This document shows positions 40,050 through 42,149 of a stretch of 42,149 nucleotides of DNA, one piece after another. Each line of letters begins with the position of its first letter. Within the stretch, counting starts at the first letter, position 1. Source of the DNA: Candidatus Woesearchaeota archaeon (GTDB taxonomy: Archaea > Nanobdellota > Nanobdellia > Woesearchaeales > WJKR01); assembly GCA_014729015.1 (NCBI GenBank), contig WJKR01000009.1, positions 1-42,149 on the forward strand. The letters run 5' to 3'. The notes under the pieces were generated by a model. That model was not told the origin of the DNA, did not search any database, and worked only from the letters and a program-made list of their open reading frames with translations. Position numbers and translations under genes: made by a program.

Positions 40050-42149
40050 ACCAGAAAAAGGCGCAGGTCACATTGTTCGTCATCATCGGGCTCGTCCTCT
40101 TGCTCGTCGTGGCGCTGTTCTTCACCATCAGGGAGACGGGCGTCGAAGACGTCTCCACAGATACAGAGACTGTCCACGACTTCTCAGCGGCCGTTGCTAC
40201 GTACGAAGCCGCGGCTGCGCAGTGCATGGCATCGGAAGGCGAACGTCTCATCAAGCGGATCATGGCGAACGGCGGCTACCTCGACCCGGCTGCCGAAGGG
40301 CTCGTCGCCGTGGAAGCCTTCCCGACAAGGGGATCGGCGTTGTCCCTCGGCGGAGACCTCATCGTCCCGTACTGGGTGGAGCACCGTGGCAGCCTCACCT
40401 GCCGGCAGGACTGCACGTTCTTCATCCGGGTACCGCCGTTGACCTCGCACGAGGACGAGCCCGGGATGAGCGTCGAGGAGCGATTGGGATCGGTGTTACC
40501 TGACGAGATCAAGGCTTGCCTGGACAGCATCGAGGTCGACCCCGACTATGACCTAGTGCGGGCAGGGGAATACGATGTCAGCGTCGCCATCGGGGAAGAG
40601 CGCGTCACGTACGACCTGCAAGAACCGGTGACGTTCACCTATAAACCGACAGGTGCGACGATGACACTGCACTCAGTGCAAGGAGAGAGCGATGTCGAGC
40701 TCAGGAAGCTGTACGACACGGCCACCTCGCTCGTCGAGCATATGGAATTCGACAACGCCACGTCCTCGTTCGGCGATGCCGTCACGCACATCATCCAAGC
40801 GTACAGCATGACCAACGACGCGGAGCTGCCGCCCATGAGCGGCGGCGCAGATTTTGGGACCGACGCTCCCAGGACGTGGCTGTTGCCGGACGTGAAGGAA
40901 GCGCTGCAGCTACGCCTCGCTGACAACCTGCCACTGATACAGGTCCGCGGCTCAGCGACGCAGTTCCTCTTCCTCGACCCGAACCAGTTCTCGCAGGTCA
41001 TGTACAACTCAGGCCCGTTCAGCCCGGACATCTACTTCCAGTACCCCGAGTACGTGCCTCAGGTATCGTTCGGGTTCTTCTACGACCCGGCATGGGACAT
41101 CGAGTTGCAGGTCTCGCCAAGCAACGGCTACTTGATATCGCCCGAAGGGGGGTCGTTCAACCTGATTCCGGGGTTAGGGTTCGGGATGCATGATTACAGC
41201 TTCGTGTATGACGTGCGCTTGCCCTTGCTCATCGTCCTCACCGATGTCGCCGCGTTCGACGGCGACGGCTTATCGCTCATCTTCGCGATAGAGACGGGAC
41301 TCGCGGGCAACGAGCCCATCCTGTACACGCAAGCGCCCGAGCTGACGGTGAACGACACGTACGATTATTTCAGCGACGAGGATTACTTCCTCGACAGCGT
41401 CGCTTTCATCACTGCGCAGGACGCGTTCACCGGCACGCCTCTGGAGAACGTCTCGGTCACCTATATGTGCGGCGAGGACGCCGTCCACGTCGGCACGACT
41501 GACGAGCAGGGAATGGTCGTGGATTTCATGCCGTTCTGCATCGGCGGCCTCCTCACCGGTTCTCGGGAAGGGTACTACGCGGGCAGCGTGCCGGTAAGCG
41601 TCGTGGATGACGAGGACGTCGCGGTCACGTTGAACTTCACGCCGTTGCAGACGTTCGACTTGCAGGTACGATCATTGCTGCTGTCCAGATATGATGCTGA
41701 GAGCGGCCTCTGGAATGTGAGTAGTGATGAACGGTTCATCGCCGTGGATGACCGGTTGATGCTGACACTGTCGAGGAAGGTGTTGCCGGGCGAGAACGAG
41801 CACGTCGAGGTCAAGGTTATCAATTATTCCAACGAAGCAGAACAGACGGTCATGCTGGCTGCGGGGACGTACGATGTCGAGGCGTACTTGTTCACTGACG
41901 TCTCACAAGATCCTTTCATCATCCCTGAGGACGAGGTGTGCGCCGGTGGTATCTTCAACAGGGAGTGCCACACGCTCGAACCGATAGTCTTCAACGACAC
42001 ATTGTTCCGCGGCGGTTATCACTCGCTCGTCGACGAAGGCGGCGGGTTCGAAGTCACCGCTGATGATTACCAGAACGACACGCTCATCGTGAAGTATTTG
42101 GAGATTGACCCGAGTGACGTCCGGAAGCACGAAGACCTTGAGATACTGG
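40046..42149 (+). CDS. large surface protein with a class III (type IV pilin-like) signal; 3' end outside the window
   Basis: ATG at 40046 overlaps the upstream stop (ATGA). The frame stays open to the window end (at least 701 codons), so it is absent from the ORF track. N-terminus MNQKKAQVTLFVIIGLVLLLVVALFF. A later CarboxypepD_reg-like segment reads VGTTDEQGMVVDF...GSREGYYAGSVPVSV. Confidence 0.7.
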   Translation, partial: MNQKKAQVTLFVIIGLVLLLVVALFFTIRETGVEDVSTDTETVHDFSAAVATYEAAAAQCMASEGERLIKRIMANGGYLDPAAEGLVAVEAFPTRGSALSLGGDLIVPYWVEHRGSLTCRQDCTFFIRVPPLTSHEDEPGMSVEERLGSVLPDEIKACLDSIEVDPDYDLVRAGEYDVSVAIGEERVTYDLQEPVTFTYKPTGATMTLHSVQGESDVELRKLYDTATSLVEHMEFDNATSSFGDAVTHIIQAYSMTNDAELPPMSGGADFGTDAPRTWLLPDVKEALQLRLADNLPLIQVRGSATQFLFLDPNQFSQVMYNSGPFSPDIYFQYPEYVPQVSFGFFYDPAWDIELQVSPSNGYLISPEGGSFNLIPGLGFGMHDYSFVYDVRLPLLIVLTDVAAFDGDGLSLIFAIETGLAGNEPILYTQAPELTVNDTYDYFSDEDYFLDSVAFITAQDAFTGTPLENVSVTYMCGEDAVHVGTTDEQGMVVDFMPFCIGGLLTGSREGYYAGSVPVSVVDDEDVAVTLNFTPLQTFDLQVRSLLLSRYDAESGLWNVSSDERFIAVDDRLMLTLSRKVLPGENEHVEVKVINYSNEAEQTVMLAAGTYDVEAYLFTDVSQDPFIIPEDEVCAGGIFNRECHTLEPIVFNDTLFRGGYHSLVDEGGGFEVTADDYQNDTLIVKYLEIDPSDVRKHEDLEIL

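Noticed and set aside
1-42149. Search for CRISPR arrays, rRNA genes, IS elements or transposases, integrases and inteins
   Set aside because: No regularly spaced direct repeats, no rRNA-like conserved blocks, no DDE or tyrosine/serine recombinase-like ORFs, and no intein-sized insertions were seen in the RNR, MetRS or helicase genes. The only repeats are short (9155-9187 and 33372-33418).

Overview
Compact archaeal chromosomal window with GC-rich coding sequence, AT-rich spacers, many 4-nt start/stop overlaps and several convergent genes that overlap at their stop codons. All calls are made by eye from motifs and ORF context; no homology or structure search was run.

Left third: a ROK sugar kinase, PGI/PMI, a MiaB-like methylthiotransferase, and the archaeal exosome superoperon (Pop5-PsmA-SBDS-Rrp4-Rrp41-Rrp42), which here ends in RpoK.

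Middle: secreted and coiled-coil proteins, RtcA and DUF1385. A helicase cluster follows, made of a DEAD-box helicase, a RecA1-only Hel308-like fragment and an arch-less Mtr4/Ski2-type helicase with a DSHCT-like tail. Next to it lies an RNase D/Rrp6-like DEDDy-HRDC exonuclease. This part also holds a Dps-like ferritin, a tRNA-Gln with an intron in the D-arm, AlaX and an RNase-H-fold exonuclease.

Right: a bacterial-style nrdR / class II RNR / cobO operon preceded by two tandem NrdR boxes. Then comes an AT-rich accessory islet (PLP-fold protein, Zn-ribbon protein, decayed RelE-like toxin, DUF4346-like protein, AbrB-PhoU regulator), MetRS, and two translationally coupled giant surface proteins (1423 aa and at least 701 aa, the second with a pilin-like signal).

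Most genes carry a TATA-like box ending 21-27 nt before the start codon, which implies leaderless mRNAs; internal operon genes use GGTGA-type ribosome-binding sites. No CRISPR array, rRNA, transposase or integrase was seen.

The most interesting candidates are the Mtr4-like helicase paired with the Rrp6/RNase D-like nuclease near the exosome core, the giant surface-protein pair, the non-canonical tRNA intron, and the NrdR regulon in an archaeal promoter context.
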